From a virus, in IMG/VR virus record IMGVR_UViG_3300033273_000513, positions 1-64,000 of that record: DNA of 64,000 nucleotides; one strand, written 5' to 3'. Shown here one piece after another: positions 47,027 to 56,369 of this stretch; position 1 is the stretch's first letter, and each line of letters opens with the position of its first letter. The notes beneath the pieces were generated by a model. That model made no database searches, was not told the origin of the DNA, and worked only from the letters and a program-made list of their open reading frames with translations. Position numbers and translations under genes: made by a program.

Positions 47027-48205
47027 TTGACTATCACTCTGCGCCCGCACCAAGAACGTATCCTGAAGCGTATGCAACAGTATACCAAAGGCCAGCTGCT
47101 AGTCCCTACTGGCGGCGGTAAAACTTTGACTATGATTCTTGACACCCAACGGCGTCACGATTCTATCACTAATGGCACTACCACTGTTGTTGTCGCCCCA
47201 AGAATTCTTTTGAGCGAACAGCTTTGCAACGAATTTTTAGAAGTTATCGACACTTCTAACACGCATATTATGCACTGCCACTCGGGGGAAACTCACCACT
47301 ACAGCAGCACCAAAGCAGACAAGATTCACCTGTTTGCTAACACTGCCCGCACGGCTGGTGAGAATGTTATCATCTTCACCTCTTACAACTCTCTTCAGCG
47401 TATTGTTGACGCAGATATTGAGGTCAACACGATCTACTTTGACGAGGCACATAACAGTGTGAAGAAGAACTTCTTCCCTGCCACTGAGTTCTTCGCAGAG
47501 AAAGCAGATCGATGCTACTTCTACACTGCAACCCCTAAACATTCCCTCACGCCTAAAAAACCAGGCATGAATTGGTCTGTTTATGGTCAGGTCATTTGTA
47601 ATGTTCCTGCAACCAAACTTGTTGACGAGGGTTACATTCTTCCTCCTAAAGTTGTCATCAAGGAGTTGCCTTCTGGTGATGCGAAACAGTCTGATTGCAA
47701 GAATCTGTTGGACACCATTGATGACAACTCTCTCAACAAAATCCTGATTGCTGCACGTTCTACGAAACAGATCATCAATCTGATTCAGGAGTCTTTGTTC
47801 TGTGCAGAGTTGACCGAACGTGGTTATTCTTGGATGGTGATTACATCCAAGACTGGTGCAATCATCAACGGTCATGAAGTCACCCGTGAACAGTTCTTCA
47901 ACACTTTGAATGCTTGGGGACGTGATTCTTCTAAGAAGTTTGTGGTTATTCACCATTCTATTCTGTCTGAAGGTATGAACGTCAAGGGACTGGAAGCTGT
48001 GTTGTTCATGCGTAACATGGACTACATTGGCATCAGTCAGTCAATCGGTCGTGTGATCCGTCTGGGCGACCGCCAGAAGACGTTTGGGCTTGTCTGTGTC
48101 CCTGTTTATGATAAAGTGGGTATTGGCACTGCCAGGAGTGTCCAGGCAGTCGTTGATACCGTGTTCAACCAAGGTCAACCCGCAATCTCCACTGTTCGTC
48201 GATGA
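47027..48205 (+). CDS. superfamily 2 helicase (Res/DExH-like); TTG start assumed
   Basis: LRPHQ, PTGGGKT, YFDEAH, TATP, LSEGMNV, QSIGRVIR; AAGGA RBS. Confidence 0.85.
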   Translation: MTITLRPHQERILKRMQQYTKGQLLVPTGGGKTLTMILDTQRRHDSITNGTTTVVVAPRILLSEQLCNEFLEVIDTSNTHIMHCHSGETHHYSSTKADKIHLFANTARTAGENVIIFTSYNSLQRIVDADIEVNTIYFDEAHNSVKKNFFPATEFFAEKADRCYFYTATPKHSLTPKKPGMNWSVYGQVICNVPATKLVDEGYILPPKVVIKELPSGDAKQSDCKNLLDTIDDNSLNKILIAARSTKQIINLIQESLFCAELTERGYSWMVITSKTGAIINGHEVTREQFFNTLNAWGRDSSKKFVVIHHSILSEGMNVKGLEAVLFMRNMDYIGISQSIGRVIRLGDRQKTFGLVCVPVYDKVGIGTARSVQAVVDTVFNQGQPAISTVRR

Positions 48206-48233
48206 CATTAAATAGTATCAGTTGCTTTATCTC

Positions 48234-48431
48234 ATGAAAGATCAAAACACCATTCCTGACGGCGAAACTAAGAAGGATAAATGGAATCGAGGACTTGACA
48301 TCTTCATTGAATCTGTCATCGAACCAGATCCTGCACTGAGAACGTGTGCTCACAATCAAAAGTGTTATCATGAGCTTATGGATATTCGACAAGATGTTCT
48401 TGAATATCTTAAGACTAAGAGGTGGCACTAA
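48234..48431 (+). CDS. hypothetical protein
   Basis: Late promoter TAAATA at 48209; WNRGLDIFIESV. Confidence 0.6.
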   Translation: MKDQNTIPDGETKKDKWNRGLDIFIESVIEPDPALRTCAHNQKCYHELMDIRQDVLEYLKTKRWH

Positions 48432-48610
48432 TGTATAAAGAACTAAATTGTTTTGAGGAGGCATTGAAACACTTCGGCACCCGTGTTGAAGTTATCACTG
48501 CTATGGAAATGTCAAGGAGAATCTCTCCTGAAGACGCATATCAAATGATTAAAGAAGAACTTAAAGAGGTCAAAAAGTGTCGCAAGGAGTTCAAAAATGA
48601 TAGATGTTAA
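48431..48610 (+). CDS. hypothetical protein (host-like small helical protein)
   Basis: FGTRVEVITAMEMSRRISPEDAYQMIK. Confidence 0.6.
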   Translation: MYKELNCFEEALKHFGTRVEVITAMEMSRRISPEDAYQMIKEELKEVKKCRKEFKNDRC

Positions 48611-48806
48611 TGAGATCGAGTGCTACATTGATGAGACCAAAGTTGATCGAGAAGAGTGTATAAGAGATGTGACAGACTCTCCCAAAGATTGGGAAGACTT
48701 CTGGTATAATCCAGAAGCACAAGGCACATGGGGATCTGATACTTTCGAGGAAGTATGGGAAACCATGGACAAAATTGAACCACTCACACCCCCAACAAAC
48801 AAATGA
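48597..48806 (+). CDS. hypothetical acidic protein
   Basis: AAGGAG RBS; coupled ORF. Confidence 0.55.
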   Translation: MIDVNEIECYIDETKVDREECIRDVTDSPKDWEDFWYNPEAQGTWGSDTFEEVWETMDKIEPLTPPTNK

Positions 48807-49021
48807 GTTTCGACCGCAAAAAACAGCTCTCTGATAGAGAAATTGAGTCGATGAAGATTGCTGTCAATGAGACAGACATCAAAGCAATTCATCCTGACAA
48901 AATGGAAGACTTTGCAGAATATATGGTGCAAAGTTTGAGGAATGCTGAAATTGTGGACGATTATGCTAACAAACTCATGGATCCTCTCACACAGAGACGC
49001 GGCGGGAAACTGAGTGACTGA
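48803..49021 (+). CDS. hypothetical protein
   Basis: ATGA-coupled ORF. Confidence 0.55.
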   Translation: MSFDRKKQLSDREIESMKIAVNETDIKAIHPDKMEDFAEYMVQSLRNAEIVDDYANKLMDPLTQRRGGKLSD

Positions 49022-49081
49022 CCAGTTCGATTAGTGTCACACGGGGTCGCACTGACCCCGTTTTTCGTGTATATTAGATGA

Positions 49082-49220
49082 GTGGAGGGGAACAGGACAC
49101 CCGATCATCACTCCTAGCGAGTCAGTTGGCAACTCTACTGCTGATGATAAACTCCACAGCACACGAGAGGTAAATCAAATGTGTTCTCATCCGCAGAACC
49201 GCCTCTCACACATTTTCTCT
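49082..49220 (+). ncRNA. candidate structured RNA / leader
   Basis: Nested stems GTGGAG/CTCCAC, ATCATCA/TGATGAT and GAGAGG/CCTCTC starting just after a -10 box. Confidence 0.5.
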
Positions 49221-49224
49221 CATC

Positions 49225-49638
49225 ATGGCAACTCGTTCACGCATCGGCATCGAACTTCAAAATGGATCTATTCTCTCTGTTTATCATCACTGGGATGGTT
49301 ATCCTTCTTGGTTGGGTCGGATTCTTGAAACGCACTACAATACAAAGGAGAAAGTTTCCGAACTGATTGATGGCGGTGACATGTCATCCTGCTGGAGTGA
49401 TACTGTCTGGGGCAAAGATCGCACCGATGGTCAGAAATATGGCCCTGAGTATTACTCTGAACGCGGTGAAGATTGTCCTCCTCGTCTTGATGAAGACATG
49501 GAAGAGTTCTTTTCTGATAATGAAGAATACTCTTACATCTTCCATGATGGTAACTGGTTTGCTTATGACATGCACCAGTGGGAAGCTAATGTAGCACCTG
49601 AACCTGTAGAGATTCCCTCTGGAGAACTTGTCTGCTGA
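49225..49638 (+). CDS. conserved phage early protein
   Basis: MATRSRIGI..SVYHHWDGYP. Confidence 0.75.
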   Translation: MATRSRIGIELQNGSILSVYHHWDGYPSWLGRILETHYNTKEKVSELIDGGDMSSCWSDTVWGKDRTDGQKYGPEYYSERGEDCPPRLDEDMEEFFSDNEEYSYIFHDGNWFAYDMHQWEANVAPEPVEIPSGELVC

Positions 49639-49928
49639 TGAATTTACCTGAAGATTTTCCACATCAACCACCTGAGAATTACACCTATGAGGTTACTCAA
49701 TTCAAACGCAACACTCTTGCTATTTGGTGTTGCAATCATTCTCAATTCAATTACAACGGTGGTGATGTTGCAAAAACTATCTGGGGATTCTATGACACCA
49801 AGAAACGACAATACCACGCACCAATCAACAGTAAAAAGGTAGGTGCTGTGGTTGACATCTCATCGACAAGATCCTATACTGCTATGGCCATCAATCTCAG
49901 TCCTTTGGAGCGTGCTTTCTATGATTGA
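49638..49928 (+). CDS. hypothetical protein
   Basis: FPHQPP..TIWGFY..APINSKKVG. Confidence 0.7.
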   Translation: MNLPEDFPHQPPENYTYEVTQFKRNTLAIWCCNHSQFNYNGGDVAKTIWGFYDTKKRQYHAPINSKKVGAVVDISSTRSYTAMAINLSPLERAFYD

Positions 49929-50112
49929 TAAAACTGAGATGCACTATCAGTGTATTGAACATGTTGAGAACTTCTATATGGAACGTATGGAAGAACTTGT
50001 AGACAAAGAACAATTTGATGATTCGCACGCTCTTTGGGAAGAGTTTGTGGTCGATACTGAAGAACCTGATGAATGGATCTTCGTTGAATATATTTCCGAA
50101 ACTCTAAAATGA
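49921..50112 (+). CDS. hypothetical acidic protein
   Basis: GGAG RBS; coupled ORF. Confidence 0.55.
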   Translation: MIDKTEMHYQCIEHVENFYMERMEELVDKEQFDDSHALWEEFVVDTEEPDEWIFVEYISETLK

Positions 50113-51125
50113 AGACTGCTCTTATCACTGGAGGTGCTGGGTTTATTGCTCACCACCTCATTTCCCGTATTCTGAAAGAAACTGATTGGAATATCGTCAC
50201 TCTTGATCGACTGGATTACAGTGGTAATCTGAATCGTCTGAATGACATTCTGTTGCACGATTGCACACCAGAACAACGTCAACGTGTCCGTGTAGTTTTC
50301 CATGATCTTAAAGCCGAACTGAACCCACTTGTCCGTCGTGAGATTGGTAAAGTGGATTATGTTCTGCACCTTGCTGCTGGATCTCATGTAGATCGCAGTA
50401 TTGATTATCCCATGGAATTTGTCATGGATAATGTGGTCGGGACATGTAACATTCTTGACTTTGCACGATCTCAAGATAATCTTGAGAGATTCTTGTATTT
50501 CAGCACAGATGAAGTCTTCGGACCAGCACCTGATGGTATCAAGTATAAGGAGAACGATCGCTACAACTCCACCAATCCTTACAGTGCCACTAAAGCTGGA
50601 GGTGAAGAACTTGCGGTAGCATATCAGAACACTTATGGTATGCCGATTTACATCACTCACACGATGAATGTTTTCGGGGAACGTCAACACCCCGAGAAGT
50701 ATATTCCGATGTGTATTCGTCGCGTTCGTGATGGTGATTGTGTCACGATTCATAGTGACAACACCCGCACAATCCCTGGTTCTCGTCATTATATTCACGC
50801 TGATGATGTTGCGTCTGCTGTGTTGTTCCTCCTTGGAAAAGACATCATTGAACGTAACTATGGTGGTGCAAAGTGTCCTAAGTTCAATATCGTTGGCGCT
50901 GAAGAATTGAACAATCTGGAACTTGCTCAAATCATCGCAGATGCACAAGGTCGTGAACTCAACTATGAATTGGTTGACTTCCACTCTTCTCGTCCTGGAC
51001 ATGATCTTCGCTATGCTCTTGATGGTGATAAGATGAAAACAATGGGATGGACTCCTGCTAAATCAGTGCGGGAACGAATTGCTGAAGTGACGGCGTGGAC
51101 ATTGAACAATGAGCGTTGGCTATAA
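50109..51125 (+). CDS. rmlB: dTDP-glucose 4,6-dehydratase-like NAD-dependent enzyme
   Basis: ITGGAGFIA, AAGSHVDRSI, STDEVFG, PYSATKA, QHPEKYIP, RPGHDLRYA. Confidence 0.88.
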   Translation: MKTALITGGAGFIAHHLISRILKETDWNIVTLDRLDYSGNLNRLNDILLHDCTPEQRQRVRVVFHDLKAELNPLVRREIGKVDYVLHLAAGSHVDRSIDYPMEFVMDNVVGTCNILDFARSQDNLERFLYFSTDEVFGPAPDGIKYKENDRYNSTNPYSATKAGGEELAVAYQNTYGMPIYITHTMNVFGERQHPEKYIPMCIRRVRDGDCVTIHSDNTRTIPGSRHYIHADDVASAVLFLLGKDIIERNYGGAKCPKFNIVGAEELNNLELAQIIADAQGRELNYELVDFHSSRPGHDLRYALDGDKMKTMGWTPAKSVRERIAEVTAWTLNNERWL

Positions 51126-51336
51126 TCCACAGGTAGATGATTACGTCATCTGGAAAGATTCCATCGGCATTGTGCTTGAGGGATGGGTCTATTTCGTCTG
51201 TGATAGGTACATCACGATTGAAATCAGTGTGAGAGACAAACCCGATGACCTTGTAGATTTTCACAAAAAAGTTCACTGTTGTGTGCTTTGTTTCGCTGAA
51301 GATTGGCACAAATTGCGTTGCGTGGACAGTCGGTAG
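51109..51336 (+). CDS. hypothetical protein
   Basis: YNPQVDDYVIW..EGWVYF. Confidence 0.6.
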   Translation: MSVGYNPQVDDYVIWKDSIGIVLEGWVYFVCDRYITIEISVRDKPDDLVDFHKKVHCCVLCFAEDWHKLRCVDSR

Positions 51337-51416
51337 GACAGTCCTAGAACTGTCTCAGACCCCTCGCCAAGGACTGCCAGAGGGTCTATATTGTATTTGT
51401 TGAGAGGAACACCCCA

Positions 51417-51644
51417 ATGCAAGTCACTTCCAAGCGTCACTCCATGGTTGTCGAGTTCCGCCCTCATGCCATTCTGACTGACAAGTTCGTTTACACTCTG
51501 AAGTTCAAAGGTGAGACACAATCCATGCGGTTGATGTCCCGTCGTGATATGATCGAAACTGTTAACGCCCGTCTGGATCTGCACGGTTACACTGTTACCG
51601 ACTTCCTCACTGAGCCCCAACAATATATGCCCGCCGCCTGCTGA
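51417..51644 (+). CDS. early hypothetical protein
   Basis: First gene after a cassette promoter; GAGG RBS. Confidence 0.65.
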   Translation: MQVTSKRHSMVVEFRPHAILTDKFVYTLKFKGETQSMRLMSRRDMIETVNARLDLHGYTVTDFLTEPQQYMPAAC

Positions 51645-51646
51645 TT

Positions 51647-51787
51647 ATGTCTCTTATTAAACAATTTCTTTTTACAATGATGAACGACGAAACTATCAAT
51701 CAATTTCTTGATGAATGTGAACCATCAGAAGATGATGTTGATAACTATTGTCAAATGATCGAAGAGGTTCAACATGCTGAGAACTAA
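51647..51787 (+). CDS. small acidic protein
   Basis: 46-aa ORF filling the gap. Confidence 0.45.
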   Translation: MSLIKQFLFTMMNDETINQFLDECEPSEDDVDNYCQMIEEVQHAEN

Positions 51788-52052
51788 TTTGTCAACGTCT
51801 CTGGGTGGCACAGTAGAGACAGATATTCCTGATGATGTAGAATGGATCGATGATGCTTTTTACATCAAAAAGACACGATTCGGTCTTTTTACCAGTGTGT
51901 TGAAGAAACCCCTGGGTCAACACTTTCTGACTGGTGGTGATAGAGAGTCGGTGATTATCATGTCCCGTTGGCATCTCAAATGTCTACAGGATGGTACACT
52001 GGATGATTACACTCGCGTCGTTAATTCTGGAGTCGTTGCAGGTAAACTATGA
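51774..52052 (+). CDS. hypothetical protein
   Basis: GAGG RBS; WIDDAFYI..VNSGVVAGKL. Confidence 0.6.
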   Translation: MLRTNLSTSLGGTVETDIPDDVEWIDDAFYIKKTRFGLFTSVLKKPLGQHFLTGGDRESVIIMSRWHLKCLQDGTLDDYTRVVNSGVVAGKL

Positions 52053-52246
52053 TTGATACTTGGAGAGAATATAGTAACAGATCTATCGCCAAAAATCTTC
52101 TGGACAGTGTAGCTGAATTGACCAATGGAACATTACACACAGTCAAATGTGTCAACTCCCGAGGAGAATCCTCCACAAAATATGTCATCGAAGTCCCTGA
52201 TGCCAGGAGTTCTGATGTTTCTGGGAGTGATACTAGCGACTCTTAG
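52049..52246 (+). CDS. hypothetical protein
   Basis: ATGA-coupled ORF. Confidence 0.55.
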   Translation: MIDTWREYSNRSIAKNLLDSVAELTNGTLHTVKCVNSRGESSTKYVIEVPDARSSDVSGSDTSDS

Positions 52247-52322
52247 TGTGATCGTCGCTGGTTATTTCAAAGGTAATATGCACATCGAAGCAGTATGGCA
52301 TTCTCTGCATAATTTCACATGA
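52200..52322 (+). CDS. small membrane protein
   Basis: MPGVLMFLGVILATLSVIVAGYF.. Confidence 0.45.
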   Translation: MPGVLMFLGVILATLSVIVAGYFKGNMHIEAVWHSLHNFT

Positions 52323-52426
52323 ACGTATTATTTGCGCTACGAGATATAAATACTCTACTGAGACTTGACATAAAGTCTTTGAGAGAGTATCATACTTAAG
52401 TTCACCAACCCCTACGAGATCTTACG

Positions 52427-52591
52427 ATGTACGCTCAAACAATCCCACAAAAATCAAAATTTCGTGTCACTCTTGAATTTGATGTTTTCGATGATTTCGA
52501 TCCTTATAACATCAACTGGGACAAACTGTTTGACATCGAAGGTCAAGAGAGTTTGAGCGTACATGTCGAAGATCTGACCGACGACTGGTAA
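52427..52591 (+). CDS. small acidic protein
   Basis: 54-aa ORF after promoter TTGACA-N17-TATCAT. Confidence 0.55.
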   Translation: MYAQTIPQKSKFRVTLEFDVFDDFDPYNINWDKLFDIEGQESLSVHVEDLTDDW

Positions 52592-52708
52592 TATATTGAA
52601 CACAGATCCGCGTTCGTGGTAGTGCTTGTGTGACACTAATCTTAGTGTCCATAATTTCCGCCACGGACGTTTTTTTATGATATTTTAAGAACAATCGAGG
52701 ATTTCTTC

Positions 52709-53153
52709 ATGACTGAGCAACAAATTCAAGAAATGATGAAAGATGAACTTTTGATGGAAATTATCGAGGAAGAAGCAGCAAAGTATGAAATCACAGTTGA
52801 TTACTACATTCAAGAATTTGCACTGTGAACTTTACATCGGAAGAACTCAAGTATCTTGATCGTTTGTTAAGCTGTGCTTCGTCTTATACGATTGCTCGTG
52901 GCGAACAAATTGACCATCCTACAGTGAAACATAAGGAACTTCAACAAAAGATTAAAAACCAACTGCAAAGACTGCACCAATGAGCAAGAAATTCTTCGGC
53001 GAAGTTTGGTTAGAATCACCAGAACATCCTCGCCAACCTGATAGAGTGATCTGCCTGCCAGATAGTATCACAACTTCAGCAGAAGGCGAAGAATTGATGA
53101 AGCGAATGATGCCCCATGCTTTTCATGTTCGAGCGTTCGTGATGGACTGTTAG
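52709..53153 (+). other. three coupled small ORFs (52709-52828, 52825-52983, 52980-53153)
   Basis: Read manually; GAGG RBS and GTGA/ATGA overlaps; follow a cassette promoter. Confidence 0.5.
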
Positions 53154-53238
53154 TGTGACAGTCCGCGAGCTGTCCACATTTTCCGCCACTGGGGTGGTTT
53201 TCATGTATTCTATAAGAGTCAAAGAAATTCACCACTAA

Positions 53239-53442
53239 ATGACACTGACCGAACGCAATCAAAAGTTGTACGAACTCCGCAAACAACTTGACAAAAAGCG
53301 TAACGAACTTGCATGGATTGAGACCGAGATGATGGCAGTTCGTTCAGAATATGATCGGGAAAGAGCTGATTTGTTTCAACAAATGTTTGAAGAGAGGAAC
53401 ACTCTGTGGGATCACCTTGATCGCGTGACTGTCAACAACTGA
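53239..53442 (+). CDS. early coiled-coil hypothetical protein
   Basis: First gene after a cassette promoter. Confidence 0.6.
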   Translation: MTLTERNQKLYELRKQLDKKRNELAWIETEMMAVRSEYDRERADLFQQMFEERNTLWDHLDRVTVNN

Positions 53443-53615
53443 TGAAAAATCCTTACGTCGAAAATCTCATTGAAATGGGATATGATCGTGCTGACTGTGA
53501 AACAGTCGCAGTTGCTGGAGTTGATAAGACTTTCCCACTGAACATTCATGGGAGAGTGTATCAAACTCAAGAAGAATACGATCAAGCACTTCACGATTTT
53601 CTCAACGGACAATGA
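53442..53615 (+). CDS. small hypothetical protein (MKNPYVENLIEMGYD...)
   Basis: Coupled at both ends; 57 aa. Confidence 0.55.
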   Translation: MKNPYVENLIEMGYDRADCETVAVAGVDKTFPLNIHGRVYQTQEEYDQALHDFLNGQ

Positions 53616-53908
53616 ACTACACTCTCAAACAACTGCAACAACGAGTCAACAAACTCATCGAAAAACAGGGTGAAGATGCATACTGTGGTGCATGGATTTA
53701 CACTAAAGAGGATGTTTGTATCATAACAGATGAGGGAGATGAGTTATATCCTTGCGAGGATAATCCTGAACTGACTGAACGTATCTTCAATGATGTGGGC
53801 AACATTGATTACATCTACACTGTAATTCAAGACTGCGTTAATGAAGTTTCAGAGGAACAATTCATGCTTTACCAACAAGAATTAGACGAATCGCCGTTGG
53901 TTCAATGA
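53612..53908 (+). CDS. hypothetical protein
   Basis: ATGA-coupled ORF. Confidence 0.6.
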   Translation: MNYTLKQLQQRVNKLIEKQGEDAYCGAWIYTKEDVCIITDEGDELYPCEDNPELTERIFNDVGNIDYIYTVIQDCVNEVSEEQFMLYQQELDESPLVQ

Positions 53909-53995
53909 TAACGTGTGACAGTCTTAGAGCTGTTCACGATTGGTTGAAACGGGTTCGTTTTCGTGTATTATTAAAGAGTCAAAGGGATTTCGCCG

Positions 53996-54184
53996 ATGCG
54001 CCACACCAAAGCACAAGTTCTTGAGCAGTTTCGTCTCAACTGGAAAGCACAAACTATTGCCAATCCTATACTGAAAGCTGATGTAGTTTGGAAGCGTGAA
54101 GCATGGAATAACTTCACCGATGATCTCTGCAAAGAGGGTTACATTACCAAGAATCAGCACAACAACTGGAACAATCCTTTCTGA
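53996..54184 (+). CDS. early hypothetical protein
   Basis: REAWNNFTDDLCKEGYIT..W.NPF; after a cassette promoter. Confidence 0.65.
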   Translation: MRHTKAQVLEQFRLNWKAQTIANPILKADVVWKREAWNNFTDDLCKEGYITKNQHNNWNNPF

Positions 54185-54384
54185 TGAACATTTTTCCCAT
54201 TGATGACCAACTGATTATGTTAATCGATCGTTTGAATAATGCGATCAATGTTTGTTATGAAGCACCTGAAATTGAGGATCAGGGTTATCCTTATGCTACA
54301 GGATATTCGCGGTCTGCGATGATAGAAGTCGCAGATAGTTTAGGTGCTATTGTTAAACAAATGCGAGAGGGAGTGGACGGTTGA
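54184..54384 (+). CDS. hypothetical protein
   Basis: GYPYATGYSRSAM. Confidence 0.6.
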   Translation: MNIFPIDDQLIMLIDRLNNAINVCYEAPEIEDQGYPYATGYSRSAMIEVADSLGAIVKQMREGVDG

Positions 54385-54453
54385 GCTAGTTGCACACAGC
54401 CCCTTGTGGGGTCGCCGTTTTCGTGTATTATTAGAGAGTCAAAGGAACAGCAC

Positions 54454-54627
54454 ATGTCTGACCAACAATTTTCCGCAACAATCTACAAACAACTGTTCAC
54501 AGGAGCTGAGTGGGATGCGATTGCTTTTGCTATGAAAGACTACGGTGATTTTCATGGCGGTGTTGATGAAGCCATTGCAAATCGAGTTCAAGAGAAGATC
54601 AACGCAATTTTCGACCTCACTAAGTGA
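54454..54627 (+). CDS. early hypothetical protein
   Basis: AAGGA RBS after a cassette promoter. Confidence 0.6.
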   Translation: MSDQQFSATIYKQLFTGAEWDAIAFAMKDYGDFHGGVDEAIANRVQEKINAIFDLTK

Positions 54628-54980
54628 ATCAAATCATGACTCAAACATTGACACAAACCAAACCACAATTTCTGACCGAAGCACTCATCGAAGTGCTGAA
54701 CAATGAGTGGAAAGTTAATTCCATTGAATCTGGTCGTGACCTTTATCATCAACTTGAGGTAGAAGAAGGTCGCAAGTATTTGAAAGTATGGGATCGTCTT
54801 TATCGTGCTGGTGATGCTGATGACTGCCGCAGTTGCTGGATGTTCGTTGATAAGAATACCGGCGAATGTTACAAACCAGCATCATACAAAGCACCTGCAA
54901 AAGGTGTTCGTTATCTGATTACTCAGTTGGCAGATAATCCTCACATTTGTGATCCCTACGGTTCCTTTCTTTATCTCTGA
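54624..54980 (+). CDS. conserved phage early protein
   Basis: GRKYLKV..MFVDKNTGECYKPASYKAPAKGVRY. Confidence 0.7.
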   Translation: MNQIMTQTLTQTKPQFLTEALIEVLNNEWKVNSIESGRDLYHQLEVEEGRKYLKVWDRLYRAGDADDCRSCWMFVDKNTGECYKPASYKAPAKGVRYLITQLADNPHICDPYGSFLYL

Positions 54981-54982
54981 AA

Positions 54983-55186
54983 ATGCAATTCCAAGTTACT
55001 GAGATTGAGTTTGATTTTGATGATTCTGCTTCCTATGATAAGGAACCAGGATATTTTCAAACAATTATTGATGACACAATCGGTACAATTTGGGATGCCG
55101 ATGATGGAGATGATCTCATCGAAGAGATCACATCTGCCACAGGTTGGTGTGTCAAATCCATTGATTATCGTCACGTTCTCAAATGA
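54983..55186 (+). CDS. hypothetical acidic protein
   Basis: IWDADDGDDLIEEITSATGWCV. Confidence 0.6.
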   Translation: MQFQVTEIEFDFDDSASYDKEPGYFQTIIDDTIGTIWDADDGDDLIEEITSATGWCVKSIDYRHVLK

Positions 55187-55350
55187 TTACTTCCAAGCGT
55201 TACATGCTCAAAATCATGAAAGATTGTGAGTATGCTCATCCTCTCACAAGAGAACAAAAGTTTGAAGTCTTCTGCAAAGTGTGTGATAATATGCTCGAAG
55301 CGGGGAGACTTTCCAAAGCAAAACATAAACAATGGACCGAGATCTGGTGA
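55183..55350 (+). CDS. small hypothetical protein
   Basis: ATGA-coupled 55-aa ORF (MITSKRYMLKIMKD...). Confidence 0.5.
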   Translation: MITSKRYMLKIMKDCEYAHPLTREQKFEVFCKVCDNMLEAGRLSKAKHKQWTEIW

Positions 55351-55447
55351 CGAGTGGGCCCAGTGCGGGAAGTGTCCATATTTCCCGCCACCGCTTCTCA
55401 TTTCATGTATTCTATAAGAGTCAAAGGAACACAACTCACCCGACATC

Positions 55448-55795
55448 ATGCGTAAGATCGAAAAGCAAATGTGTGCCGCCATTCATTACAATCAGAACTG
55501 GCAATCTGCAAACACTTCTGTTCACTTTGATCCCGAAACTGGCATCTCTGTTGTTCGTCTTCACGGCAACAAAATTGCTGAGGTTAGTGACACTGAAGTG
55601 ACAATCTTCGATGGCGATCATCAAACTAAAACCACAAAATCACGTCTGAATGCTCTTTGCACTGAATTTTGTATTGCTGGCGAAGGTGTTTTCCAGAAAG
55701 ATTTTGTCTGGTATGTTCGTAAGTTCGTCGGTGCAATCAACGGACAAAATGTTTACAAGACTGAAGACTTCGTTTCTGGTTATGTCTTCGTCTGA
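55448..55795 (+). CDS. conserved phage early protein
   Basis: MRKIE..VRLHGNKIAEV..TKTTKSRLNAL..VFQKDFVWY. Confidence 0.7.
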   Translation: MRKIEKQMCAAIHYNQNWQSANTSVHFDPETGISVVRLHGNKIAEVSDTEVTIFDGDHQTKTTKSRLNALCTEFCIAGEGVFQKDFVWYVRKFVGAINGQNVYKTEDFVSGYVFV

Positions 55796-55815
55796 TACCC
55801 TTATCTAACATCATC

Positions 55816-55980
55816 ATGTCAGAGTCTAAGTTTCTTCTTTACGGTCAATTTCATCGTGCAAATGGTTGGATTATGGACGACTGTTTGAGTTACATCAAAC
55901 TCACAAAAGAGGATGCGATTGCTACATGTAATCGACTTAATCCTCACTTCGTTATTTCACATATTGAGGTTGAAGATTGA
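55816..55980 (+). CDS. small hypothetical protein
   Basis: 54-aa ORF read manually. Confidence 0.45.
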   Translation: MSESKFLLYGQFHRANGWIMDDCLSYIKLTKEDAIATCNRLNPHFVISHIEVED

Positions 55981-56056
55981 CCAAAACTAAAAAAGAATGG
56001 GCTGGAACTTATGCCCGTTTTTATACCATCTTCGCTCTTCTTATTCTTCTCTAATC

Positions 56057-56251
56057 ATGACTGAAACCAAAGACAACATTGTGGATCGTGATGCACTTCA
56101 AGAGGCATACATTGAGTCGATTATTGATGGCATGGATCATAAAACAATGTACCAATATGTTTATGATAACCTGACAGATCATCTGGATAAGTATAGCGTT
56201 GATGAACTGATTACAGAGGTTGAAGATCACTATCCTGAACTGTTGGAATAG
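56057..56251 (+). CDS. hypothetical acidic protein
   Basis: YIESIIDGMD..ELITEVEDHYPELLE. Confidence 0.6.
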   Translation: MTETKDNIVDRDALQEAYIESIIDGMDHKTMYQYVYDNLTDHLDKYSVDELITEVEDHYPELLE

Positions 56252-56369
56252 TTGCTTTTATTCCAAAAATAGGGTAAAATGAGTGTAAATCAATTAAAAA
56301 AGGTTCAAAAAAATGTAAATCAGTGTTTTATCCTTATTGAGAACTATTCTCTGGATACTACCCAATAGT

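Noticed and set aside
49141-49152. Hammerhead ribozyme (CTGATGA)
   Set aside because: No stem II followed by GAAA in the required position; the bases are better explained by pairing with ATCATCA.
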